From a virus (Duplodnaviria > Caudoviricetes): a stretch of DNA of 45,751 nt. How positions within the stretch are numbered: the stretch's first letter is position 1; every line of letters begins with the position of its first letter. The notes beneath the pieces are model-generated. The model did not search any database and was not told where the DNA came from. It was given only the letters and a program-made list of their open reading frames with translations. Location: positions 1-45,751 of IMG/VR virus record IMGVR_UViG_3300048852_000125. The stretch is one strand, 5' to 3'. The translations under genes and the position numbers were made by a program. Positions 17,356-25,419 of the stretch are shown here, piece by piece.

Positions 17356-17739
17356 ATGTTGGGGCGTGATCTTCATAGCGAACAAAATGGCCATGATACG
17401 CGCGTCGGTGGAGCCAAAAAGGTGTGGCGCCGCCTGACAATCGCCGGACGGAAAATAGCCGGTGCGCGCCGCGACGCCGCGCAGAAGCTGGCCCGCGAAC
17501 TGCGGGACTACTTCAAGGCCAAGCACGGACGGAAAACGTCCGCTTGCATCGCCGACGACTATGCCGTCACCGACCGTCAGGCCCGCCGCTGGCTCGCCAA
17601 GGGTCCGACCTTCGACGGCTTCGCCCTGATGCTGGAGCGCGAGCGCGACCGCCTCCTGCACTGGCTGGCCGTCGCCTATTCCGAACGCCGCCGCCGCTTC
17701 CGCTGGCGCCGCAATTCCTCCGTATCCCCCACCCCGTAA
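17356..17739 (+). CDS. Basic HTH-like protein (CII-like position)
   Basis: IADDYAVTDRQARRWL HTH-like segment; operon packing. Confidence 0.5.
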   Translation: MLGRDLHSEQNGHDTRVGGAKKVWRRLTIAGRKIAGARRDAAQKLARELRDYFKAKHGRKTSACIADDYAVTDRQARRWLAKGPTFDGFALMLERERDRLLHWLAVAYSERRRRFRWRRNSSVSPTP

Positions 17740-17748
17740 GGAGCCATC

Positions 17749-18564
17749 ATGGCAAGAGGTCGTCGTTCCTCCGGAAGCAAGCCCAGCAAAGCGGAACAGC
17801 TCCGCGAACGCGCGAGGGGCCTGCAGCCCAACCAGTTCTTCGATTTTCTGGACGAGGTCTCGACCAAGCGTCAGGACCTCGCCGACGCCAACACCGAGCA
17901 TGCGTCCGCCTGGAAGAAGGCCGACGCGCTGGGCATCCATCCCCGCGCCGCCAAGCAGATCGCCCGCCTCGACAAGATGGACGCGGTGAAGCGGGCGGAC
18001 GAGCTGCGCAGCTTCGATCAGATGCGCCTCTGGATGGCGGAGCGCTGGGGCGGTCAGCCGGACATCTTCGAGCAGCCGGCCACGCCGCTGGAGGAGGCCA
18101 TCGAGCGTACGGGCAGCAGCGACGAGCCGCAGGCGCTGGGCGACGTCGTCCGTCAGCTGGTGGAGGGCGCCGACGAGGATGCCGGGCCGAAGCCGCTTTA
18201 CGACGTCGCGTCCCCGCCGGACCTGCCCGGTCAACAGAACGAAGCCGCCGGTGCTCCGGAAGCCGACTGGGGCGAGGACGGCGACGCCGACGCCAGCCCC
18301 GAACTGGATAACGCTGGCTACACCTTCGCCAACGGCCGCACCGCTGGCCGGCAAGGGCACGGGCCAGAGATGAACCCGCACCTGGAGACCTCGCCCTCCC
18401 ATGCCATCTGGGAGCGTGGCCGCGTTCAGGGCACCAAGGACGGCGACGGCGACGACGACCTGCTGGAGGCGGTCAGCGACGATCCGCCCGAAGAGGAGGC
18501 CAAGCCGCGCAGCCGGCGCCGTTCCCGTGGCACCGACGCGGCCACGGCCGCGGCCGTGCACTGA
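17749..18564 (+). CDS. GapR(DUF2312)-like domain + acidic linker + RMF-like motif
   Basis: AAGGAG RBS; AWKKADALGIHPRAAKQIARLDKMDAVKR and FANGRTAGRQG...NPH...WERGRVQG. Confidence 0.55.
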   Translation: MARGRRSSGSKPSKAEQLRERARGLQPNQFFDFLDEVSTKRQDLADANTEHASAWKKADALGIHPRAAKQIARLDKMDAVKRADELRSFDQMRLWMAERWGGQPDIFEQPATPLEEAIERTGSSDEPQALGDVVRQLVEGADEDAGPKPLYDVASPPDLPGQQNEAAGAPEADWGEDGDADASPELDNAGYTFANGRTAGRQGHGPEMNPHLETSPSHAIWERGRVQGTKDGDGDDDLLEAVSDDPPEEEAKPRSRRRSRGTDAATAAAVH

Positions 18565-18574
18565 GGGCGGGCGG

Positions 18575-19099
18575 ATGGCCGGCGGCGTCCTCGCCCTCGA
18601 CCTCGCCACCCACACAGGGTGGGCATTGGGGCGGCTGCCACGGCAGCCGCTTCTCCCGATGGAGGCGCGGTTCCAGAAGCCGCCCAAGCCGCTGTCCGGC
18701 TGGGTTCGTTTCGGCCATCCCGGCTGCTCGGTCGGCGAGTTTGCCGATGCGGCCGAGGCCTGGGGCCGCGCCTTCCTCACCGAACACCAACCGTCGGGCC
18801 TGATCTATGAAAAGCCGATCCTGCCCGCCGACACCAATCCCGAGACGATGCTGAAGCTGAACGGCTTGGCGACGATCATGCTGATGCTGGCGCACCGCTT
18901 CAGCATCCGCTGGGTCCGTACCGCTCAGCCCTCCACCGTCAAGAAATCATTCTGCGGCCGTGGTGGCCCCGGCAAAGAGGGAGTGCAGGCCGAGTGCATG
19001 GCGCGCGGGTGGCAGTTCGCCACCGACGACGAAGCCGACGCTCTGGCCCTTCTCGACTACGCCGGTCACCTCGCCGCCAAGGAAAGGGCAGGCCGATGA
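18575..19099 (+). CDS. RuvC-like Holliday junction resolvase
   Basis: VLALDLATHTGWA, IYEKP, PSTVKK...G...K..V, DEADALAL. Confidence 0.8.
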   Translation: MAGGVLALDLATHTGWALGRLPRQPLLPMEARFQKPPKPLSGWVRFGHPGCSVGEFADAAEAWGRAFLTEHQPSGLIYEKPILPADTNPETMLKLNGLATIMLMLAHRFSIRWVRTAQPSTVKKSFCGRGGPGKEGVQAECMARGWQFATDDEADALALLDYAGHLAAKERAGR

Positions 19100-20568
19100 G
19101 CGCCATCGTTTCCGGGCAGCATTCCCTCTTTGCCGACACAGGCCCCAAGCGGCCCACCCTGCGCCCCTATCAGGAGCGCGGCGTCGCCGAAATCCTTGCC
19201 TGCCTCCAGCGCCGCAAGGATCCGCTCTATGCGCTGCCGACGGCCGGCGGCAAGACGACGATCTTCACCGCGGTGACAGAGGTGGTGGTCGGGCAGGGCT
19301 GGGAGGTTTGGATCATCGTCCACCGACGGGAGCTGCTGCGCCAGGCCAGTGAGCGCCTGCTGGCGATGGGCATCTCGCATGGTCTGGTCGCCCCCGGCGA
19401 GCCACTGACCAACGACCCGGTGCAGGTCGCCAGCGTCGACACGCTGCTGGCCCGGATGGACAGCCTGCGCCACCGCCTCACCAAGGTGCGGCTGGCCATC
19501 ATCGATGAAGCGCATCACGTCGTTGCGTCGAAGTGGCAGCGCGTGCTGGAGGCGATGATCAACGCCCTGCGCCTGGGCGTCACGGCCACGCCCTTCCGCT
19601 ACGACGGCAAGGGTCTGGGCGAGCATTTCCGGCAGGCGATCGAGGGGCCGAGCGTCGCCGAACTGATCCGCGACGGCTATCTCGCCAAGCCCGCCATCTT
19701 CGCGCCGCCGGCGAACCTCGACCTGTCGAAGGTGAAGAAGCGGGGAGGGGACTATGTCGCGGCGGATCTCGCCAAGGCGGTCGACACCGACGAGCTGACC
19801 CTGCCGGCGGTCCGGCACTATGCCCGCATCTGTGGCGGCGTGCCGGCGGTGGTGTTCTGCGCCGGGGTGGAGCATGCCCGTCACGTCGCCCAGCAATTCC
19901 AAGCCGGCGGCTGGGCGGCGGCTTCCATCGACGGCGAAATGACCACAGCCGAACGAGACCGGGCGATCCGGTCTCTCGCCACCGGCCGCCTGTCGGTGCT
20001 GACCAGCTGCGACATCATCAGCGAAGGCACCGACCTGCCGATCGTCGGGGCGGCCATCCTGCTGCGCCCGACGGAATCGACCGGGCTCTACCTGCAGCAG
20101 GTCGGTCGCGTGCTGCGCACCTATCCGGGCAAGAGCGAGGCCATCATCATCGATCAGGTCGGCAACGTCGCCAAGCACGGCATGCCGGACGAGCGGCGGC
20201 TGTGGTCGCTGGACGGCGGGCTGAAGGGCCTGGAGCGCGCCGTGACGGCGACGCGCCGCTGCCGCTATTGCCACTTCGTCTGCGCCAAGGGGCCGGCCGC
20301 CTGCCCGTACTGCAACAAGGCCTATCCCAAGCCGCCGGTGGCCGCGGTGCCGGAGGTGGCGCTCGCCACCATGCCGGGGATCGCGGGGCTCTCTGCTGAC
20401 CGGATCGCGCGGATGAAGCTCTGCGACATCCTGCCGTTGGCCGAGACCGAGCAGGACCTGCGGCAGGTCGCCGCCATCAAGGGCTACAAGCGCGGCTGGG
20501 TTCAGCGTGTTCTCGAGGAGCGCGCCGCCACCACGGCCCGCGGCTACATGATGCGGAGGTACGCATGA
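19096..20568 (+). CDS. SF2 DEAH-box helicase with C-terminal zinc finger
   Basis: LRPYQ, PTAGGKT, DEAHH, TATP, SEGTD.P, QQVGRVLR, CRYC...CPYC. Confidence 0.92.
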   Translation: MSAIVSGQHSLFADTGPKRPTLRPYQERGVAEILACLQRRKDPLYALPTAGGKTTIFTAVTEVVVGQGWEVWIIVHRRELLRQASERLLAMGISHGLVAPGEPLTNDPVQVASVDTLLARMDSLRHRLTKVRLAIIDEAHHVVASKWQRVLEAMINALRLGVTATPFRYDGKGLGEHFRQAIEGPSVAELIRDGYLAKPAIFAPPANLDLSKVKKRGGDYVAADLAKAVDTDELTLPAVRHYARICGGVPAVVFCAGVEHARHVAQQFQAGGWAAASIDGEMTTAERDRAIRSLATGRLSVLTSCDIISEGTDLPIVGAAILLRPTESTGLYLQQVGRVLRTYPGKSEAIIIDQVGNVAKHGMPDERRLWSLDGGLKGLERAVTATRRCRYCHFVCAKGPAACPYCNKAYPKPPVAAVPEVALATMPGIAGLSADRIARMKLCDILPLAETEQDLRQVAAIKGYKRGWVQRVLEERAATTARGYMMRRYA

Positions 20569-21314
20569 CCTCCACCGCTTGGCCCTTCGGCGCCCTGACC
20601 CCGTTGCGCTATGGCGTGATCCTGGCCGATCCCGCGTGGACGTTCGCCTACAGACCCACGCTCCACATCCATCTAACGATGCCAAAAAGCTCGTCGGCGG
20701 TAGCGTCTCGCTTGAGGTTGTTGCACCTCCAGCAGATCAGGGCGACGTTCCCAACGACATATCCGTCAATAGGACGGATGCGGTCGATGCTCGGCGAACG
20801 GTCATTTGGACCGACATGGTCGCGCTTCCAGCCAACGTCGAATGGCCGATTGCAGCATGGGCAATCGGGCTGTTGGCGGAGCCATTCAAGTAAATACGCC
20901 GTCGTCAGCGTATCGGCATCAAAGGGAATCCCGGCATTTCTGGAGCGCTCTCTCATGCCTTGCCGCATCATCTTGGCGCGCTCCTGGAATGGCGCTCTCT
21001 CCATCGCTTCGCGGCGCTTGATCGCATGCTTTTCGGAGTTGCGTGTCGCGTGCAACTCTCGCCGCCTCATCAGTATTCGTTCTCTATTCTTTACCTTCCA
21101 TGCGGACAGATTTTTACGTGAACAATTCCGACAAGTACCGGTTATGCCGCCGCGGCACTGCTTGCTTAGCGTAAAGAATTCCGCAGTCGCAGTAAATTCT
21201 ACGCCGCACTTCTTGCAATTCTTTATGTCCATGAAGGGAATCTACCGCCCGTTAATCTTTGAGCGAAACAAATTCTGGGGCAACGAGACCACGAAATTCG
21301 AGGCCGCAGCATGA
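20565..21314 (+). pseudogene. MT-A70 adenine methyltransferase remnant: both ends retained, core replaced by an antisense HNH gene
   Basis: N-term WPFGAL....YGVILADPAW.F (DPPW-type motif) and C-term WGNETTKF; middle is the reverse complement of 20648..21232. Confidence 0.75.
20648..21232 (-). CDS. HNH-type (homing-like) endonuclease with zinc-finger N-terminus
   Basis: CKKC...CRNC; CPCC...PSIDRI.P..GY..GNV..ICWRCNNLK; lower GC than flanks. Confidence 0.8.
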   Translation of the reverse strand: MDIKNCKKCGVEFTATAEFFTLSKQCRGGITGTCRNCSRKNLSAWKVKNRERILMRRRELHATRNSEKHAIKRREAMERAPFQERAKMMRQGMRERSRNAGIPFDADTLTTAYLLEWLRQQPDCPCCNRPFDVGWKRDHVGPNDRSPSIDRIRPIDGYVVGNVALICWRCNNLKRDATADELFGIVRWMWSVGL

Positions 21315-21532
21315 CCATCAACACTGCCCCCGGTCTCCTGAAGGCCGCCGGCGTCGCCCGTAGCCGCGCCAAGCTACTCCGCTCCACCACCAAGGGGGGC
21401 AGCGCGGCAGCCATCGCTCTGGACGATGTCGCCGCTGAATACGAGCGCATGGCCCGCCGCGCCCAGACCCGCGCCTCCCAACCCGAGCCCCTCACCAGCC
21501 CGGCAGCCGCGCCGGCCCAAGCGGCGGAGTAG
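21311..21532 (+). CDS. Small hypothetical protein
   Basis: ATGA coupling, GAGG RBS. Confidence 0.6.
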   Translation: MTINTAPGLLKAAGVARSRAKLLRSTTKGGSAAAIALDDVAAEYERMARRAQTRASQPEPLTSPAAAPAQAAE

Positions 21533-21537
21533 CACCC

Positions 21538-22707
21538 ATGTCGACCGACCACCTTCCAGATCCGCTGGTGCCTGCCGAGGTCGATATCTCGAAGCTCGAC
21601 GGCTTCATGCTCGACACCCGCCGCGTCCTCTCCTCCGAACTGCTGGCGCTGTCCAGCGGCGACGAGTTCAAGGCAGCCGTCATCCTCTGGTGCCGGGCTT
21701 GGCAGCAGCGCCCCGCCGCCAGCCTGCCGAACAACCCGGCTATCCTGGCGAGCTTCGCAGGCGTCTCCGCCCAGCGCTGGAACAAGATCAAGGACATGGC
21801 GCTTCGGGGCTTCATCCTGTGCAGCGACGGACGGCTCTACCACCGGGTTCTGGCCGAGGACGCCATGCGGGCGTGGGACAGCCTTCTGAAACGTCACGAC
21901 CGCACGAAGAAGGCCACGGAGGCTCGCAAAAAGGGACGTGACGATGATCGTAACGATGGGCGTCAGCCCCCCTCCAACGATGCACGTAACGATGAACGTC
22001 ACGTTCAACGTGACGACGACCGTAACGACCAACGTAACGAGGTCCCAACAGTTGCGCGCGACAGGACAGGACAGGACAGGACGGGACAGGAGTTAAGATC
22101 TAAGAACGAAGAATCCTCGGCTGGCGGCAGGCCTCACGCGGGTGCGCACGAAGCCGGCCGGCCGGCCGATGATCTGGACGATGGGATTGCCGCCGTCCGC
22201 CAGGGCGTCGCCGCTGCGTTTGAGAACTGGTTCGACCTGCCAGGCCGCCCGATCAGCCCAGCCGATGGCGAACTGTTCGCCGACTGGATCGCCGCCGGTG
22301 CCGAGCGGGGCCTGTCGCCCGCCGACACCGCCGCCGCCGTACTCGAGGAGGTTCAGCGCCAGTTCCGCCAACTGGCCAGCAAGGACGCGGGTCCGCCCCG
22401 CAGCCTGCGCGCTGTGCTGGACCGGGACGTCCGCACCGCCATCGCCAACGCCCGGCCGGGCAGCAAGCCCAAGCCGCTGCCGGAGGTGCCGGAGCCCTAC
22501 GCCAGCGCGTTCGATGCCGTGGCCTATGCGCGCTGGATCGCCCCTTGCCAGATCAGCATCGCCGACGGCACCGCCACCGTCCTGGCCCCAAGCGCTTACC
22601 ACCGCGATTGGCTCGCCCAACAGCTCGCCGACCGGCTGAAGACCGCGCTGCAGGTCGAAGAACTCACGATCATCGTCGCCAAGGGACAGGGGAGGAACGC
22701 AGCGTGA
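21538..22707 (+). CDS. DUF1376/YdaU-type replication initiator with C-terminal DnaA-N-like domain
   Basis: LWCRAWQQRPAASLP....LA...W......AL.GF..CSDGRLYH; C-term YARWIAP...APSAYHRDWL; internal iterons. Confidence 0.8.
   Translation: MSTDHLPDPLVPAEVDISKLDGFMLDTRRVLSSELLALSSGDEFKAAVILWCRAWQQRPAASLPNNPAILASFAGVSAQRWNKIKDMALRGFILCSDGRLYHRVLAEDAMRAWDSLLKRHDRTKKATEARKKGRDDDRNDGRQPPSNDARNDERHVQRDDDRNDQRNEVPTVARDRTGQDRTGQELRSKNEESSAGGRPHAGAHEAGRPADDLDDGIAAVRQGVAAAFENWFDLPGRPISPADGELFADWIAAGAERGLSPADTAAAVLEEVQRQFRQLASKDAGPPRSLRAVLDRDVRTAIANARPGSKPKPLPEVPEPYASAFDAVAYARWIAPCQISIADGTATVLAPSAYHRDWLAQQLADRLKTALQVEELTIIVAKGQGRNAA
21937..22090 (+). repeat. Putative replication origin: 12-bp-phased CGT(A/G/C)ACG iterons plus GACAG pentamer run
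   Basis: Units at 21937, 21949, (21961, 21973 degenerate), 21985, 21997, 22009, 22021, 22033; about six GACAG/GACGG units at 22060-22090. Confidence 0.7.
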
Positions 22708-23093
22708 CCACCGGAACCCTGACCATGCCCGAAGACACCGCCGCCATGGCCCAGACCATCCGCCACCTGCAGGCTCAGAAGCTCGTGCTGGAGGCCGAGG
22801 TCGAGCGGCTGAAAGCCCAGCTGGCCGACAAGGAACCGAAGCGCCCGACCCGTGCCGGCCTGACCCCGAAGCAGCGCCTCCTGCTGGATTTCATCGTCCG
22901 GTACCAGCGCGAACGCCGCGGCGTATCGCCCAGCTTCGACGAGATGGCCCACGCCATCGGCCTTGCCAGCAAGTCGGGCGTGCACCGGCTGATCGAGGGG
23001 CTGGTCGAGCGCGGCGCCCTCATCCGGATGCCGAACCAAGCCCGTGCCCTGCAGGTTGTCGCCACCCCTACCCACGGAGACGTGAATGGCTGA
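22704..23093 (+). CDS. LexA-type DNA-binding domain protein with N-terminal coiled coil, no peptidase
   Basis: LTPKQRLLLDFI...SPSFDEM..AIGLASKSGVHRLI..L.ERG...R.PN.ARAL; GGAGG RBS before GTG. Confidence 0.85.
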   Translation: MTTGTLTMPEDTAAMAQTIRHLQAQKLVLEAEVERLKAQLADKEPKRPTRAGLTPKQRLLLDFIVRYQRERRGVSPSFDEMAHAIGLASKSGVHRLIEGLVERGALIRMPNQARALQVVATPTHGDVNG

Positions 23094-23658
23094 CCAGTTC
23101 TCGGATCGCGAGTGGTTCGCTGTGGTGGTGAAGCCCGGTCGGAACGAGGAGGTGCACAAGCGCTTCGAGGATCAGGGCTACCGGTCGTTCCGACCGCTGT
23201 GTCTCACCGAGCGGCGGAACCGTGAGAAGGGGCGCATGGAGACCGTGGTGCGTCCGTTGTTCGATCGGTACCAGTTCGTCGGCGTCCATTCCGAGCAGCC
23301 CTTCGGCCCGATCCAGAACACCATCGGCGTCGCGTTCATCGTGCGAGGGCAGGGGCAAATTCCGTTGCGGGTGTCGCCCTTGGTGCTGCGCCGGGTAGCG
23401 TTGCGCTTCAACGAGGATGGGGTGGTCGACCTTCGGCCTGCGAAGCCGGTTGCCGGCCCCGTGGTCGATTGGGAACTCGGCGACATGCTGGAGGTGATCG
23501 ACGGCCCGTTCCGAGACTTCTCGGCGGTTCTGGTCGAATGGGCTGACAAGCGGCGCGAGATGGCGCGAGTGCTGGTGAACATCTTCGGCCGCACGACGCC
23601 GGTCGAGATGCGCACCGGTGGGCTGCGGCCGTCCTCGAGTAGCCGGAGCGCGGCGTGA
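23086..23658 (+). CDS. NusG-family transcription antiterminator (late-gene regulator)
   Basis: WFAVVVKPG.N, PLFDRYQFV (NGN); GD.LEVIDGPF..F...VLVNIFGRTTPV (KOW). Confidence 0.88.
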   Translation: MADQFSDREWFAVVVKPGRNEEVHKRFEDQGYRSFRPLCLTERRNREKGRMETVVRPLFDRYQFVGVHSEQPFGPIQNTIGVAFIVRGQGQIPLRVSPLVLRRVALRFNEDGVVDLRPAKPVAGPVVDWELGDMLEVIDGPFRDFSAVLVEWADKRREMARVLVNIFGRTTPVEMRTGGLRPSSSSRSAA

Positions 23659-23670
23659 TGGTGGTGGCCT

Positions 23671-23703
23671 TAACCATTTCGAAAGGGTTAGCGGACATAC
23701 AAT
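23671..23703 (+). promoter_or_regulatory. Candidate late promoter with 20-bp dyad
   Basis: TAACCATTTCGAAAGGGTTA near-perfect palindrome, then TACAAT -10-like hexamer. Confidence 0.4.
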
Positions 23704-23774
23704 GCCCGCACATGGTCCCCCGGTATCCGCCGGCTACGGGACTGCGGCAGCTATAGAAGCGCCGCCTTTAATCG

Positions 23775-23807
23775 CCCGCCCAGGCTCCCGCCTCGGCGGG
23801 TTTTTCT
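23775..23807 (+). terminator. Intrinsic terminator (tR'-like) ahead of the late genes
   Basis: CCCGCC...GGCGGG followed by TTTTTCT. Confidence 0.7.
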
Positions 23808-23825
23808 ATGCCCGGAGCCTGCGCC

Positions 23826-24146
23826 ATGGCCGATCCCACCACGCACGACCTCGCACAGTTGGCGCGTTCGCTCGCCCCGACTGCTGTCGGCGTTGCCGCC
23901 GGTATGGTTGCGCGCTGGTCTCGTGAAGCGCGCCACAGCGGATGGAAGGGATTGCTGCGTATGGTCGTCCTTGATCTGCCGACCATGGGAGCGCTGACCA
24001 TCGCCGCTGGATCGGTTGCTCAGCAGCTCAACGCCGACACGCTGACGGCCACGGGTATCGGCACCTGCGCCGGCTATGCCGGGTCTGAGATCCTGAAGAC
24101 GCTGCTGGCATGGCGTGCCGGCAAGCTGTCCGGTGGGGAGGGCTGA
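23826..24146 (+). CDS. Putative holin (LydA-like)
   Basis: 106 aa, multiple hydrophobic helices, C-terminal AGYAG...L motif; first late gene. Confidence 0.55.
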   Translation: MADPTTHDLAQLARSLAPTAVGVAAGMVARWSREARHSGWKGLLRMVVLDLPTMGALTIAAGSVAQQLNADTLTATGIGTCAGYAGSEILKTLLAWRAGKLSGGEG

Positions 24147-24148
24147 TC

Positions 24149-24241
24149 ATGGCGCCTGCGCTGCTCGCAGACGCTCTCTGGTGGACGGGCGCGACCATCG
24201 CCCTGCTGTGCTTCGCCACGCTGTTCTTGGGAGACCGATGA
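24149..24241 (+). CDS. 30-aa hydrophobic peptide
   Basis: GGAGG RBS; MAPALLADALWWTGATIALLCFATLFLGDR; ATGA coupling to the next gene. Confidence 0.45.
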   Translation: MAPALLADALWWTGATIALLCFATLFLGDR

Positions 24242-24432
24242 TGACGACCGAATGCAAACCTCTGTCACAGGCCATCGCCGCCGCGGCCGAAACTGCCGAG
24301 GAAATCGCCATCGCCATAGGCTACGCCGATGCCTCCCGTTTTCTCCAGCCGCTGATGCAGGGCCTCCCCGACGGACATATCGCCGTTGGCGCCATGGACG
24401 GATGGACCATCGACGTGCCTATCAGAGCCTGA
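24238..24432 (+). CDS. Small hypothetical protein
   Basis: GGAG RBS, operon packing. Confidence 0.5.
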   Translation: MMTTECKPLSQAIAAAAETAEEIAIAIGYADASRFLQPLMQGLPDGHIAVGAMDGWTIDVPIRA

Positions 24433-24436
24433 CCAC

Positions 24437-25084
24437 ATGCGCGCCAGCGTCATCATCACCGGCAGCCTGGAGAAGGTCTTCGACGACTGGAGCGACCAGA
24501 ACGCCCGCCGCCTGACCGACATCACCGAGCATGCCGCCTCCACCATGCGGGAGGAGATGAGGAGCGCGATGTCGGGCGCCGGTCTCGGCAACCTAGGCCG
24601 GGCGGTGGGCTACGCCGCGTATCCTGGCGGCGGCACCTACAGCTTCCACCCCGCTGCCGAGGTGTTCGTTCGGGGCAAGGCGCCGTCGGCAGCCAAGTGG
24701 GAGAGGATCATCGACGCCTTCAGCGAGGGCGCGACAATCCGATCGAAGCGGGGCTGGCTCGCCATCCCGACCAAGAACTGCCCGAAGGGCTCGCGCGGCC
24801 GCTACCTTTCCCCCGACGAGGTGGCCGAGCGGTTCGGCCCGCTCAGTTCGGTGGCCAAGGGGCGGGTGGTGCTGCTCTTCGCCGACGTCATCGCCGGCAA
24901 GTCGGGAGGGGTGCGCCGCGCCACTGCCGGACGCCGCGCCCAGGGCAGAGAGGCCAAGCTGGTCCTGATGTTCGTCCTGGTCCGCGAGACCACCATCCGC
25001 AAGCGCCTCGACCTCGACGCCATCGTGAACCGGTGGCAGACCCGCTTCCCGGCGATGATCGCCGAGGCTGTTCGGGAGCGCTGA
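24437..25084 (+). CDS. DUF6441-like phage protein (probable neck/tail completion)
   Basis: AGLG.LGRA...IDAF.EGATIRSK.GWLAIPT...MFVLV......KRLD. Confidence 0.65.
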   Translation: MRASVIITGSLEKVFDDWSDQNARRLTDITEHAASTMREEMRSAMSGAGLGNLGRAVGYAAYPGGGTYSFHPAAEVFVRGKAPSAAKWERIIDAFSEGATIRSKRGWLAIPTKNCPKGSRGRYLSPDEVAERFGPLSSVAKGRVVLLFADVIAGKSGGVRRATAGRRAQGREAKLVLMFVLVRETTIRKRLDLDAIVNRWQTRFPAMIAEAVRER

Positions 25085-25214
25085 GAGGGGCGCTGATGCG
25101 TTGCGCCCTCAGCCTCTCCGCCGGGCGACCTGATGTCCGAGGCGCGCCACGGGACTCTGGAGGGTCAGGGCGGCGCCAGCCACGGGGCGGGGGGCTGACC
25201 GGTCAGGGTCGAAC

Positions 25215-25419
25215 GGGTCCTTCCTGGGGGTCGGGCATCACGGGTGGGACAAGTGCGGGTATCGGGGATATTCCGCCGAAAATTCCAACGCAACAGCCGT
25301 TGCGTTGGCCGCGGTTATGTGAACTTCACCACGCAACCCTTTGTCGCAACTGCGAAATATGCTTGCTCGGGTGGGGTTTCCCGGCCGGCTGGGGTCAACG
25401 CAACATGGCCGGACGCAAC
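25215..25419 (+). other. Putative cos packaging site (cosQ-cosN-cosB-like)
   Basis: GGGTCCT (identical to lambda cosQ) at 25215-25221; TCACG|GGTGGGACAAGT about 21 nt later; repeated CGCAAC elements; directly upstream of terS. Confidence 0.6.

Noticed and set aside
16315-20685. Long minus-strand ORFs (821 aa and 539 aa)
   Set aside because: Shadows of the rightward early operon
21937-22090. CRISPR array or DGR repeat
   Set aside because: Units are 5-12 bp, in-frame and without spacers; there is no reverse transcriptase in the window
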